DNA of 55,795 nucleotides from a virus. Below, piece after piece: positions 17,852-25,016 of the stretch (position 1 is its first letter; each line of letters begins with the position of its first letter). Both the position numbers and the translations under genes were made by a program. The notes beneath the pieces are model-generated. The model made no database searches, was not told the origin of the DNA, and saw nothing but the letters and a program-made list of their open reading frames with translations. The stretch lies in IMG/VR virus record IMGVR_UViG_3300029267_001302, one strand, 5' to 3'.

Positions 17852-18185
17852 CCAATTGTTATTAACCGTCGGCTCTTTATCCGACGCTCCGGAGGTTTCC
17901 CTCATTTTCATCGACCGGTCAATTCCGGTCCGGTGTAGACTATATCATCGACTGTCAAGGTAAACGAATCTAAAGCCAGCTGGCTTTTAATTTGACAGTC
18001 GCCCCGCTTTCGTGCCGCTTTACCGCCGTCGACTTTACGTTACGGCTCCATGCGGTAGTCGTTGCACCTTCCGTGGGTTTCCCCATCGGCTTGGCTCATG
18101 GTTGCCCTCGACTTTAATCGTTAGGGGTTTCCATGAATTAACGGGGTACTGCACACATAGTCGCCTATGTGCCGCCCTTTTCTAA
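17852..18185 (-). ncRNA. Group I self-splicing intron (ORF-less, 334 nt) in the DNA polymerase gene
   Basis: Exon 1 ends ..AACCU and the intron ends ..CAAUUGG (omega-G). Removal restores GNGVNL-QNQP in frame. It contains GACUA and GAUAUAGUC (the P7/J8-7 R and S consensus blocks) and several GNRA-capped hairpins (GCGA, GAAA x2). Confidence 0.8.
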
Positions 18186-19525
18186 AGGTTAACGCCATTA
18201 CCACCGCTCGAAAACCGCCCCGTCCGCGCGCCCATCGGATTGAATCGTGCGTGTAACCGTCCAGTATTCGGATGAATCAACTCTGGCAAAACGCTAATAT
18301 AAGTTGAATAAAGTTTGACGAGTTCTTTGTATTCTAGAAGTTCCGCAATTACCGGAAATTTATTTTTCAACGGTTTTAATACTTTCTTTGCATCCGTTGA
18401 TTCAAGCGAATGACCAACGATCTTTTCGAGCGCAGGCTTCAATTGTGCCGGACTGTTTAGATTTATGTCGCCTAGTTTCGATTTCAGCGACCGTTCCTTT
18501 TCCTCAATGTCACGCATCATTTCATTGCCATACTTTTTCGCATAGTCAACGTCAATAAGAAAGCCTGTCTGCTCCATGTCAACAATCGCGTCAAGCAACG
18601 GAACCTCAACCGTTTCGTAATAACGCAACATATTCGGAAATTTCGCCATATGATGACGTTGAAACTCATACAAACGCCATGTCAAATGAGTGTCTTTCGC
18701 CGCGTAAACAAGCGCAACATCTAACGGTATTTCTGCGAATTTAGCGTTTTTACCAAATAGTTCATCGAAAGTGTCCGACGGTTCACGTAAATATTTCGTT
18801 GCTAAATTTTTTAAGGCAAACGACGGTTCGTTTTCGTTCAGCATCGACATTGCTGTTTGTGTATCCCATCGCAAGCCCTGCACGCGAATTCCGTGCCGAA
18901 TAAACATATGAATATCGAAAATGGCGTTATGAAGCACTTTGCCAATCGTTGCGCTTTCGAGATACTCACACAAACCTTCGAGTACATATTCACGATCAAG
19001 CTGCTCGCCTTGTGTATGTCCAATCGGAATATAAACGTGTTTGTCTGCGTTCGGAAGTGTAATAGAAATACCGACTATTTCATCAGCGAAATGGTCAACG
19101 CCTGTTGTTTCGGTATCAAGCGCAATGATCGGTTCGTTCGTCAATTCGTCTAATAACGCTTGAAACTGCTCATCAGTCGTTATCAATTTGTAGTTACTCG
19201 GCGTTTCTTCAACCATGCGCCGTAACGTTTCTTCGCGCTTTCGTTCCTGCAAATCTTGCCACAAGCGAAGTGCCTCCGCTTTGCTAAACGCTTTAGGTCG
19301 ACCGGACTTCGTTACACAATCTTGCGGGTTACGACCGATCAAGCCGGCGTCCATCGCTTCTTTAACTTCCGTTAATTTCCTCCGGTCAGATTCAGTCAAT
19401 TTCATTACGAAAATCCGCCGCCAAGCGTCAGCGAGCGATTCGCTCGCCACGTTTCGTCGCTCATTCGCTTGACGTGCGCGTTCAGTTGCGTTAGAATCGA
19501 TTTTAAGCGAAAGTTTCAAATTCAA
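18186..19525 (-). CDS. polA: DNA polymerase I family, exon 1 (3'-5' exonuclease domain plus N-terminal polymerase domain)
   Basis: Exo motifs IIALDTETTG, HNAIFDIHM and YAAKDTHL. The exon ends RTGRFSSGGNGVN-L. The probable start is TTG 19525, which lies 9 nt after AAGGAG and overlaps the upstream stop; the track start is 19534. Confidence 0.85.
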
Positions 19526-19683
19526 CGCAACCAACTCCTTTTGTATTCGTCAACAAACGTTTCGTGAAACCATTCTTCGAAACATGATTCATCGCAAAAA
19601 TATTGCTCGGAGAATCGGTCGTAAATGGCGAGTGTGTCGTCTAGTATTACGCCGCACACGACACACTCTACGCCGTCAGTCAA
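19522..19683 (-). CDS. Small TRASH/MYM-type zinc-finger-like protein (about 53 aa)
   Basis: Absent from the ORF track. The cysteine spacing is C-x2-C-x19-C-x3-C (ECVVCG...YFCDESC). Its stop overlaps the polymerase TTG start (TTGA). The start codon is uncertain (TTG 19683, TTG 19689 or GTG 19692). Confidence 0.45.
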   Translation of the reverse strand: MTDGVECVVCGVILDDTLAIYDRFSEQYFCDESCFEEWFHETFVDEYKRSWLR

Positions 19684-20659
19684 GGTCAACACGGCTTTCG
19701 ACTGGCGCGACTAGTTCGAATTCTGCAAGCCAAGCTTCACCGTCAAAAGTTACATACTCTGTATTTCCCATATGACCGCTTATTTCGTATAAACAGCCTT
19801 CCACCAAAGGACTGCCGCAACTATCGAGTACACGAACAATGTCGCCTTTTTTAAATTCGGACGCAAGCCGGTCGATTTTAGAATCCACTTTCTCTAATTG
19901 GTCCGGTCTAGCATAACCGGGTCTTCCACCTTTTTCGACTATTTCTATCAATTTATTGTAAGGACCTGCTTCGTGTTCGTAGTTATTATCACCTACTTCG
20001 TAAACTTCTCCGTCATAAAAACCGTACAACGGATATTTGTCGCCGCCACTAACTAAACGTACCTTATCGCCCTTCTTGAATTTTGACCGTTCAACCTCGT
20101 CAATATGCTCCGTATATTTTTCTAACGATGAAGGTCGTGCGTAATCATAATCAGAACCGTCAAGTAACTCGATTTTATAAATCCCGTCTTCGTCTAAATA
20201 ACTTGCGATCTCAACAATTTGGTTTTCCGTAATACCGCCATAAATCGTATCTCCGACAACTCGCGCGTAATCTCTGACTTTTAAACGCTCTGACTGGCGT
20301 TCGATCGCAGATAATCGACGTTCCAACTCGGCAACTCGTTTTTCGATGTCTTTATCAGCCGTTTCTATCGCGCGGAAAAGTACGAGTTCGTCGGACCAAC
20401 TGATGTAAGTACGCTCATCATCATCGTCATCGGCGAAAACCAAATCGTCATATTCATCTTCGTATAATTCGTAAAAAGCGCCTGATTCAACGCCCTCAAT
20501 AGCCTCCGCAACTTCGTTCGTAACTAGAACCAAATCGCCAGCATTCGCTTTCTCGCTAACTCTCTCGTAAATCTTACCGTTATATTGAATGTGGGTAATC
20601 TCACCGTAACTCATTTCGAGAACTTTCACGTTTTCTAATTTCGCCATATTATCGGCCAC
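19676..20659 (-). CDS. Hypothetical protein with repeated SH3/KOW-like modules and a coiled coil
   Basis: 327 aa. Repeats KKGDKVRLVSGG..YEVGD and KKGDIVRVLDS..YEISG. RVAELERRLSAIE resembles 5759..6460. Confidence 0.7.
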   Translation of the reverse strand: MADNMAKLENVKVLEMSYGEITHIQYNGKIYERVSEKANAGDLVLVTNEVAEAIEGVESGAFYELYEDEYDDLVFADDDDDERTYISWSDELVLFRAIETADKDIEKRVAELERRLSAIERQSERLKVRDYARVVGDTIYGGITENQIVEIASYLDEDGIYKIELLDGSDYDYARPSSLEKYTEHIDEVERSKFKKGDKVRLVSGGDKYPLYGFYDGEVYEVGDNNYEHEAGPYNKLIEIVEKGGRPGYARPDQLEKVDSKIDRLASEFKKGDIVRVLDSCGSPLVEGCLYEISGHMGNTEYVTFDGEAWLAEFELVAPVESRVDLD

Positions 20660-20682
20660 CTTCCGTTTTATTTTCGATCAAG

Positions 20683-21105
20683 CTAAACCACCTTGCTGTC
20701 GCTTTCGTAAATACCTCGATTCAACCATAAAGGTAACTCAACCCACCGCTTACTTGCGCTTGTTTCACTCGCCCAATACTCGCCGCAACCAACGTTTTCA
20801 AAATACCATACGCGAGGGATTTCGCCCTCTTCGCCCAACACGCCAATAATGTAATCAGCGTCGGGCTTGGCGTATGGTATGCCGCGCCCGTTCTTAGCGT
20901 ACACAACCAATTCATTATTGCGATCAGATCGCTTCCGAATCGTTTTGCATTGAAACGTGTACCACTCACGATTAATCGGGTCGCGAGCAACGAAGTCGTA
21001 AGTTTCGTCTGTTTCCGTTTCTGCGACTTCCCAGCCGTTTGCCATGAGCGCGGCTTTGGCGATCACTTGCGAGTATTTACCAACTACTTCGGTAATATGC
21101 GCCAA
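20683..21105 (-). CDS. PD-(D/E)XK endonuclease (PDDEXK_5/archaeal-Hjc-like pattern)
   Basis: AKAALMANGWEV....YDFVA....W.TFQCKT gives a D...Q-x-K arrangement. 140 aa. Confidence 0.55.
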   Translation of the reverse strand: MAHITEVVGKYSQVIAKAALMANGWEVAETETDETYDFVARDPINREWYTFQCKTIRKRSDRNNELVVYAKNGRGIPYAKPDADYIIGVLGEEGEIPRVWYFENVGCGEYWASETSASKRWVELPLWLNRGIYESDSKVV

Positions 21106-21119
21106 TTAGTCCGCCTCCT

Positions 21120-21821
21120 TTAAAACGGTAAATTTTCGTCTTTGTCGCTTTCCGCACCATCAACACCTAATAGGCTAACGTCAAACCCGAACGCTTTCAG
21201 GTCTTCGATTTGCTCTGCTTCGGTCTTCATATACAATACTTTTTCGAATAATTCCGCCGGAAACTCTTTACCGTCTGCTTTCGCGAAGTTTTCACGCTCC
21301 GTATCTGTCAGATCTTCGTCCATGTCGAGAACAGGCGAGAAACTAACGACTGTAGATGTGCCAGTTCCGCTTTTCGATAATTCAAAAGCGACTTTTCCGA
21401 TTTTCTTTTCGTACTTGTCTAATGCTTGGTAAACGACTTGCGCTTGCGCTTTCGACAAGTCGACAACGATTGGCTCGCCGTTTTCGAGATTGATAAACCC
21501 GAACAAATAACGTGGTTTCGGTTTTAGCTGGCGCGCTTGCGTTTTTAGTTCTTCGGCTTCGGCATCGGATTTCGCCTTTTTCGCCTGCTCAAATAAAATG
21601 TTCGCCGCTTTTTGATAAAGATTGTCAGGCGCGACTGGTGTTGTGTTGAATACTTTAAACACGCTAGCTGCGAAATACTCCGCGCTATCGTCTTTCGATA
21701 ATACGCGTACTTTCAGTGTCGTACCGCTCTTCAACGTTACCAACGCTTTACTAGCGTCTTGTTGTTGCTCGGCTGTTGCCGACTTGGCAGCGTCAACGCC
21801 ACGTTTAGAGATGTAACTCAT
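21120..21821 (-). CDS. Putative single-stranded DNA-binding protein (gp2.5-like, acidic C-terminal ..DENLPF tip)
   Basis: 233 aa in the replication module. The acidic tail ends in an aromatic residue, as in SSB and gp2.5 tails. The function is inferred. Confidence 0.45.
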   Translation of the reverse strand: MSYISKRGVDAAKSATAEQQQDASKALVTLKSGTTLKVRVLSKDDSAEYFAASVFKVFNTTPVAPDNLYQKAANILFEQAKKAKSDAEAEELKTQARQLKPKPRYLFGFINLENGEPIVVDLSKAQAQVVYQALDKYEKKIGKVAFELSKSGTGTSTVVSFSPVLDMDEDLTDTERENFAKADGKEFPAELFEKVLYMKTEAEQIEDLKAFGFDVSLLGVDGAESDKDENLPF

Positions 21822-21849
21822 TCAATCGCTCTCCTTCCGTTAATTCAGT

Positions 21850-22091
21850 TTGTAAAAGCCGGTTCTCCAAACCCTTCGCTTGAACCGGCGGGGCGCGGTA
21901 CGTTGTGGCGTACCGACAGCGTTTTTAGTATCCCGAGCTCAACCACAACTCGCGCGGGCGGGTTTTTGGGGCGCAGCGTCCCACGCCCGTCGCAAAGCGC
22001 GAACTAGCAGCCGAAACGACGGATAGCTTTAGCGTTCCGCCGCGACAATCTTACTTAACGACTGCCTTCACGTCCTCCGGCGGGCGGACGA
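21850..22091 (-). ncRNA. GC-rich, ORF-free structured element (candidate ncRNA or attenuator) ending in a terminator-like hairpin
   Basis: No gene-strand ORF of 60 aa or more. There is an 11-bp G/C helix with two bulges (21952-21962 with 21980-21993). Hairpins are GGTACG/CGTACC (21897-21914), CGTCC/GGACG (22071-22090) and GCCGGTTC/GAACCGGC (21858-21889). The last is followed on the minus strand by UUUUAC. Confidence 0.5.
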
Positions 22092-22598
22092 CTATTTAGC
22101 CGCCTCAACTCCAAATCTTTTCGCCGCCAATTCAATTTTCTTAATTTCGTCCTCTACCAACGCTTTATAATCGATCGCGTCGGTTAATTTCGCTTTAATA
22201 CGCTCTTTCGTGTGCGGATTGCGCGCTTTTAAAAAGTTTAACTGCGCTTCCGCAACGGCTATTTCTGCTTTGCGAAGTTCTCGTTTGTAAGCCGCCAATA
22301 ATTTCGATGTTTCTTTCGACAGCAATTCGCGAAAGAATCCTAAATACTGATTCGCTTGCTCGGCGGGCTTTACCGTAACAACACGTACCCCGTCGCAAAT
22401 AATTTCAAAAGTATCTGTAATGTAATGCGTTTTGTTGCCGTCACGCTTGGTTTCGGTTGCTTGCGAAATAACATCGTTGACCCACGAAACCGCCACAGAT
22501 TCCGAAATAATGCCAACTCGTTGTCGTATCCGTTCTTTAGCATGATCGGAAAGAACTAATAAACCGGCCTGTTTCATTGCGTCGCCTAGCGTTTTCAT
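22092..22598 (-). CDS. Hypothetical protein
   Basis: The ATG at 22598 overlaps the upstream small-ORF stop (ATGA). 168 aa with a coiled-coil C-terminal half. Confidence 0.7.
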   Translation of the reverse strand: MKTLGDAMKQAGLLVLSDHAKERIRQRVGIISESVAVSWVNDVISQATETKRDGNKTHYITDTFEIICDGVRVVTVKPAEQANQYLGFFRELLSKETSKLLAAYKRELRKAEIAVAEAQLNFLKARNPHTKERIKAKLTDAIDYKALVEDEIKKIELAAKRFGVEAAK

Positions 22599-22699
22599 CT
22601 CTTGCACACCGCCTTATCGTATGTCGTGCCATAAAACGCTATATATTGTGCAATGATTTTCTTGCGCCGAATTTCACGCAAATCGATAACCTTCGCCAT
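22595..22699 (-). CDS. Small hypothetical protein (34 aa)
   Basis: Absent from the ORF track. GAGGGAGGGG lies before ATG 22699, and the stop is coupled to the next gene. Confidence 0.4.
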   Translation of the reverse strand: MAKVIDLREIRRKKIIAQYIAFYGTTYDKAVCKR

Positions 22700-22700
22700 T

Positions 22701-22799
22701 TTAACGCCCCTCCCTCGTCTGTTTGTCGTCGTTTCCGCAAACATAGCCTATGAAGAACGATATGAAACACGCGACTAGCGATAATAATATTTCCGTCAT
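22701..22799 (-). CDS. Small hydrophobic peptide (32 aa)
   Basis: Absent from the ORF track. AAGGCGGTGAAG lies before ATG 22799. One TM-like segment. Confidence 0.35.
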   Translation of the reverse strand: MTEILLSLVACFISFFIGYVCGNDDKQTREGR

Positions 22800-22822
22800 A
22801 CAAACTTCACCGCCTTAAAGTG

Positions 22823-22852
22823 TTGACAAGCCATACTAAAATATGTTAAATT
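22823..22852 (+). promoter_or_regulatory. SigmaA-like promoter on the plus strand (drives a short intergenic transcript)
   Basis: TTGACA (22823-22828), a 17-nt spacer, then TTAAAT (22846-22851), with TG at 22844-22845. Confidence 0.5.
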
Positions 22853-22902
22853 TATAACCGTGTTAAGTTTAATTTTAGTAAATTATGCGCTATAATATAG
22901 AT

Positions 22903-22942
22903 GAGGGCATACTACGCCAATTTTATTAACGCCCTCGTTTTT
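22903..22942 (+). terminator. Plus-strand hairpin plus T-run
   Basis: GAGGGC (22903-22908) pairs with GCCCTC (22931-22936) and is followed by GTTTTT. The 22-nt loop is large, so efficiency is uncertain. Confidence 0.45.
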
Positions 22943-22956
22943 AACAGTCAGAGACG

Positions 22957-23559
22957 TTACGCCAACCGTCTCTGACATTCGATTCGAAAGCGTTGGATGA
23001 ATTTGCGATGTCCATTTTCTGACGTTTCTGGGAAAGAACACGCCAATTCTTTCGCCAGTTGAAGATCATTCGTCTCGCCTTCACTCCACGCTTTCAGAAT
23101 CGCCAATCGCCGTGGGTCGCCTTTCGCCAAAAGGGCGACCTTTTCCATTAAACCTTGGTTACTTATAGTAATCGTTTCGACGTCCGCCAAAACGTCGACA
23201 ACTTCTAAGTATGCCTGATTTCCTTCGTGGTCAGTTAAAGGTTCGTCAAGTGAAACAACATCTGATAATTTCCGCTTTCTTCTTGCGAGGAAGTCGTATT
23301 TTTCTCGCATGATTATGTTCGTTACTAAACTTCTGAAACTTCCTTTGCGTCGATCAAAGTTCGCCAAAGCTTTTTTTATCTTAAGAAGGCATCTGCACTC
23401 AAATTCCGTTTGATTTTCTATTTTGTGCCAAATTTGTTCCGAGTGCCATTGTATTACTGGAAGAAACATTTTGCATAAAGTATTCAACGCTTCTTCACTT
23501 CCATCGCGAAACTCTTCGACCAAAATATTTAGTTTTTCTTCATTTACCAATATCATCAC
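22957..23559 (-). CDS. Sigma-70-family-like factor (phage sigma/ECF-like)
   Basis: 200 aa. FDRRKGSFRSLVTNIIMREKYDF resembles sigma region 2, and an HTH-like region follows at the C-terminus. It is the first gene after a conserved promoter-like element. The true start may be the second ATG (23556). Confidence 0.5.
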   Translation of the reverse strand: MMILVNEEKLNILVEEFRDGSEEALNTLCKMFLPVIQWHSEQIWHKIENQTEFECRCLLKIKKALANFDRRKGSFRSLVTNIIMREKYDFLARRKRKLSDVVSLDEPLTDHEGNQAYLEVVDVLADVETITISNQGLMEKVALLAKGDPRRLAILKAWSEGETNDLQLAKELACSFPETSENGHRKFIQRFRIECQRRLA

Positions 23560-23563
23560 TCCT

Positions 23564-23613
23564 TTTTAACCCTTACACTTTATTAACCAAAATTTTTTTG
23601 GATTTTGCGACAT
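23564..23613 (-). promoter_or_regulatory. Conserved about 50-nt upstream element, copy 1 (second copy at 30836..30886)
   Basis: TTTTAACCCTTACACTTTATTAACCAAAAT..TTGCGACAT aligns with TTTTAACCCCTACACTTTTAATAACCAAAAT..TTGCGACAT at 30836-30886. Each copy lies just upstream of a minus-strand operon start. Confidence 0.6.
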
Positions 23614-23730
23614 GTTTTTTGAAACTTTTTAAAAATTTATTTCGTAAAAATAGTGTAAAAGGTTTAATTGTAGTTAATCATATAATAAACTAAATGTTCC
23701 TATTTGGCAACATTTTTTGGAGGTATTTTT

Positions 23731-23931
23731 ATGATTTCTTACGAACCTCTATTCAAAACGTTAGAAGAGAAAAATTTAAAGCCGTCTGTTTTACGTAGCA
23801 AAGGAATTATTGACGGTAAAACAATCGCTAAGATGCGTAGAGGCGAAAGTGTTCGTCTTTCAACAATAGAAAGAATTTGTGCGTTTCTTGACGTGCCAAT
23901 CGAAAAGGTTGTCGAATACAGGCGTGAATAA
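23731..23931 (+). CDS. XRE/Cro-type HTH transcriptional regulator (66 aa)
   Basis: The ATG at 23731 follows GGAGG. MISYEPLFKTLEEKNLKPSVL..TIAKMRRGESVRLSTIERICAFLDVPIEKVVEY is the small HTH_26-like pattern. It is divergent from the sigma-like gene. Confidence 0.8.
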   Translation: MISYEPLFKTLEEKNLKPSVLRSKGIIDGKTIAKMRRGESVRLSTIERICAFLDVPIEKVVEYRRE

Positions 23932-24849
23932 TTCTGCCTTATCACGCAGTACATCAACGCCGCACTCATTCGCGTCTTTTTTATCGCCATAATCCACCTT
24001 CATCAAACGCACATACCCACGCATTTTCCGCTTCACCGCTTCATTCAGTTTCGCGCCTGCTTTGTCGTTATCCGCGCCAAGCACAAGCGTTTCAATCGGC
24101 GACATTTTGATGATGTCCGCTTGTTTGTCGGAAAAGTTCACGCCCCCAACCGCAATCGCCGGCACGCCAGCACTCCACCACGTCAATGCATCGATCGGCG
24201 CTTCACAAAGTACCGCTAATCTCGCCCGCTCTCGATAAATCAAATCGATTCCCCACACTAATTCGCGAATTGGCCAACCGCCTTTTTCGTAGAAGAAAAG
24301 TTTACCACGTACTGCACGATACATAACGTTTGCCAATTCGCCACGAGCCGTCCGCCATGGTATCGCTACAAAACCTTTGTGTCGACTGCGACCAACGCCT
24401 GCCAACAACTGTGCCTGCTCGCTAATGCCGCGACTGGTCAAGTACGGACTAATCGCCGGATCAATCAACGATTCAGACAACGGTTCAAAACGACGCGGCA
24501 ACCTCAAGTCCAGTCGTAATTTTAGATCGCCGCCGCTTGATCGGCCATACGTCATAAGCAAATACTCTTCGGTTTCTTCGTAAGTTTCCGACCGCAGGAA
24601 CGACAGTAACTTAACGAAATTTCCGCTCCGCCACTCTTCGTCATACGCGCCACTATCCGACCAAACGCCGGCAGGATATTGGCCGTATGGTTGCAAGCGA
24701 ACGAAAAATGACGGTTTTCGATCATATCGAAAAGGGCTTGCAGCGATCAACTTTTCTTCCGTCCACGTCGCACGTTCCCACTCAAACTGCTCTAATTCAG
24801 AACGAACGTCAATATCGATCGGTTGGCCACGTACTTCAATCGTTGGCAT
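23860..24849 (-). CDS. DNA primase (Toprim domain, DnaG-like core)
   Basis: Toprim motifs LCEAPIDALT and LVLGADNDKAGAKL. 329 aa, downstream of the DnaB helicase. Confidence 0.75.
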   Translation of the reverse strand: MPTIEVRGQPIDIDVRSELEQFEWERATWTEEKLIAASPFRYDRKPSFFVRLQPYGQYPAGVWSDSGAYDEEWRSGNFVKLLSFLRSETYEETEEYLLMTYGRSSGGDLKLRLDLRLPRRFEPLSESLIDPAISPYLTSRGISEQAQLLAGVGRSRHKGFVAIPWRTARGELANVMYRAVRGKLFFYEKGGWPIRELVWGIDLIYRERARLAVLCEAPIDALTWWSAGVPAIAVGGVNFSDKQADIIKMSPIETLVLGADNDKAGAKLNEAVKRKMRGYVRLMKVDYGDKKDANECGVDVLRDKAELFTPVFDNLFDWHVKKRTNSFYC

Positions 24850-25001
24850 TAATACTCAACATCCTTAGCTGTCGAAATATATTCACCAATAAACTCCCAA
24901 CACCATTCGCAAATCCATCCGAAAACCCACCAACTATATTGAAGAGGTGCGTTTTCACGTTCACAAACCTCGCACGTACCAATTTTATCTCCGTATTTCA
25001 T
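24849..25001 (-). CDS. Small zinc-ribbon protein (50 aa), possibly a detached primase zinc-binding module
   Basis: Absent from the ORF track. AAAGGAGGGTGAAACTTATG provides the SD. It carries CEVC...CEWC, and its TAATG junction overlaps the primase start. Confidence 0.55.
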   Translation of the reverse strand: MKYGDKIGTCEVCERENAPLQYSWWVFGWICEWCWEFIGEYISTAKDVEY

Positions 25002-25016
25002 AAGTTTCACCCTCCT

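Noticed and set aside
17619-17911. ORFs 17619..17855 and 17723..17911 in the gap between the two polymerase pieces.
   Set aside because: They straddle the intron/exon 2 boundary in wrong frames. The region is explained by a group I intron plus the in-frame 5' extension of exon 2.
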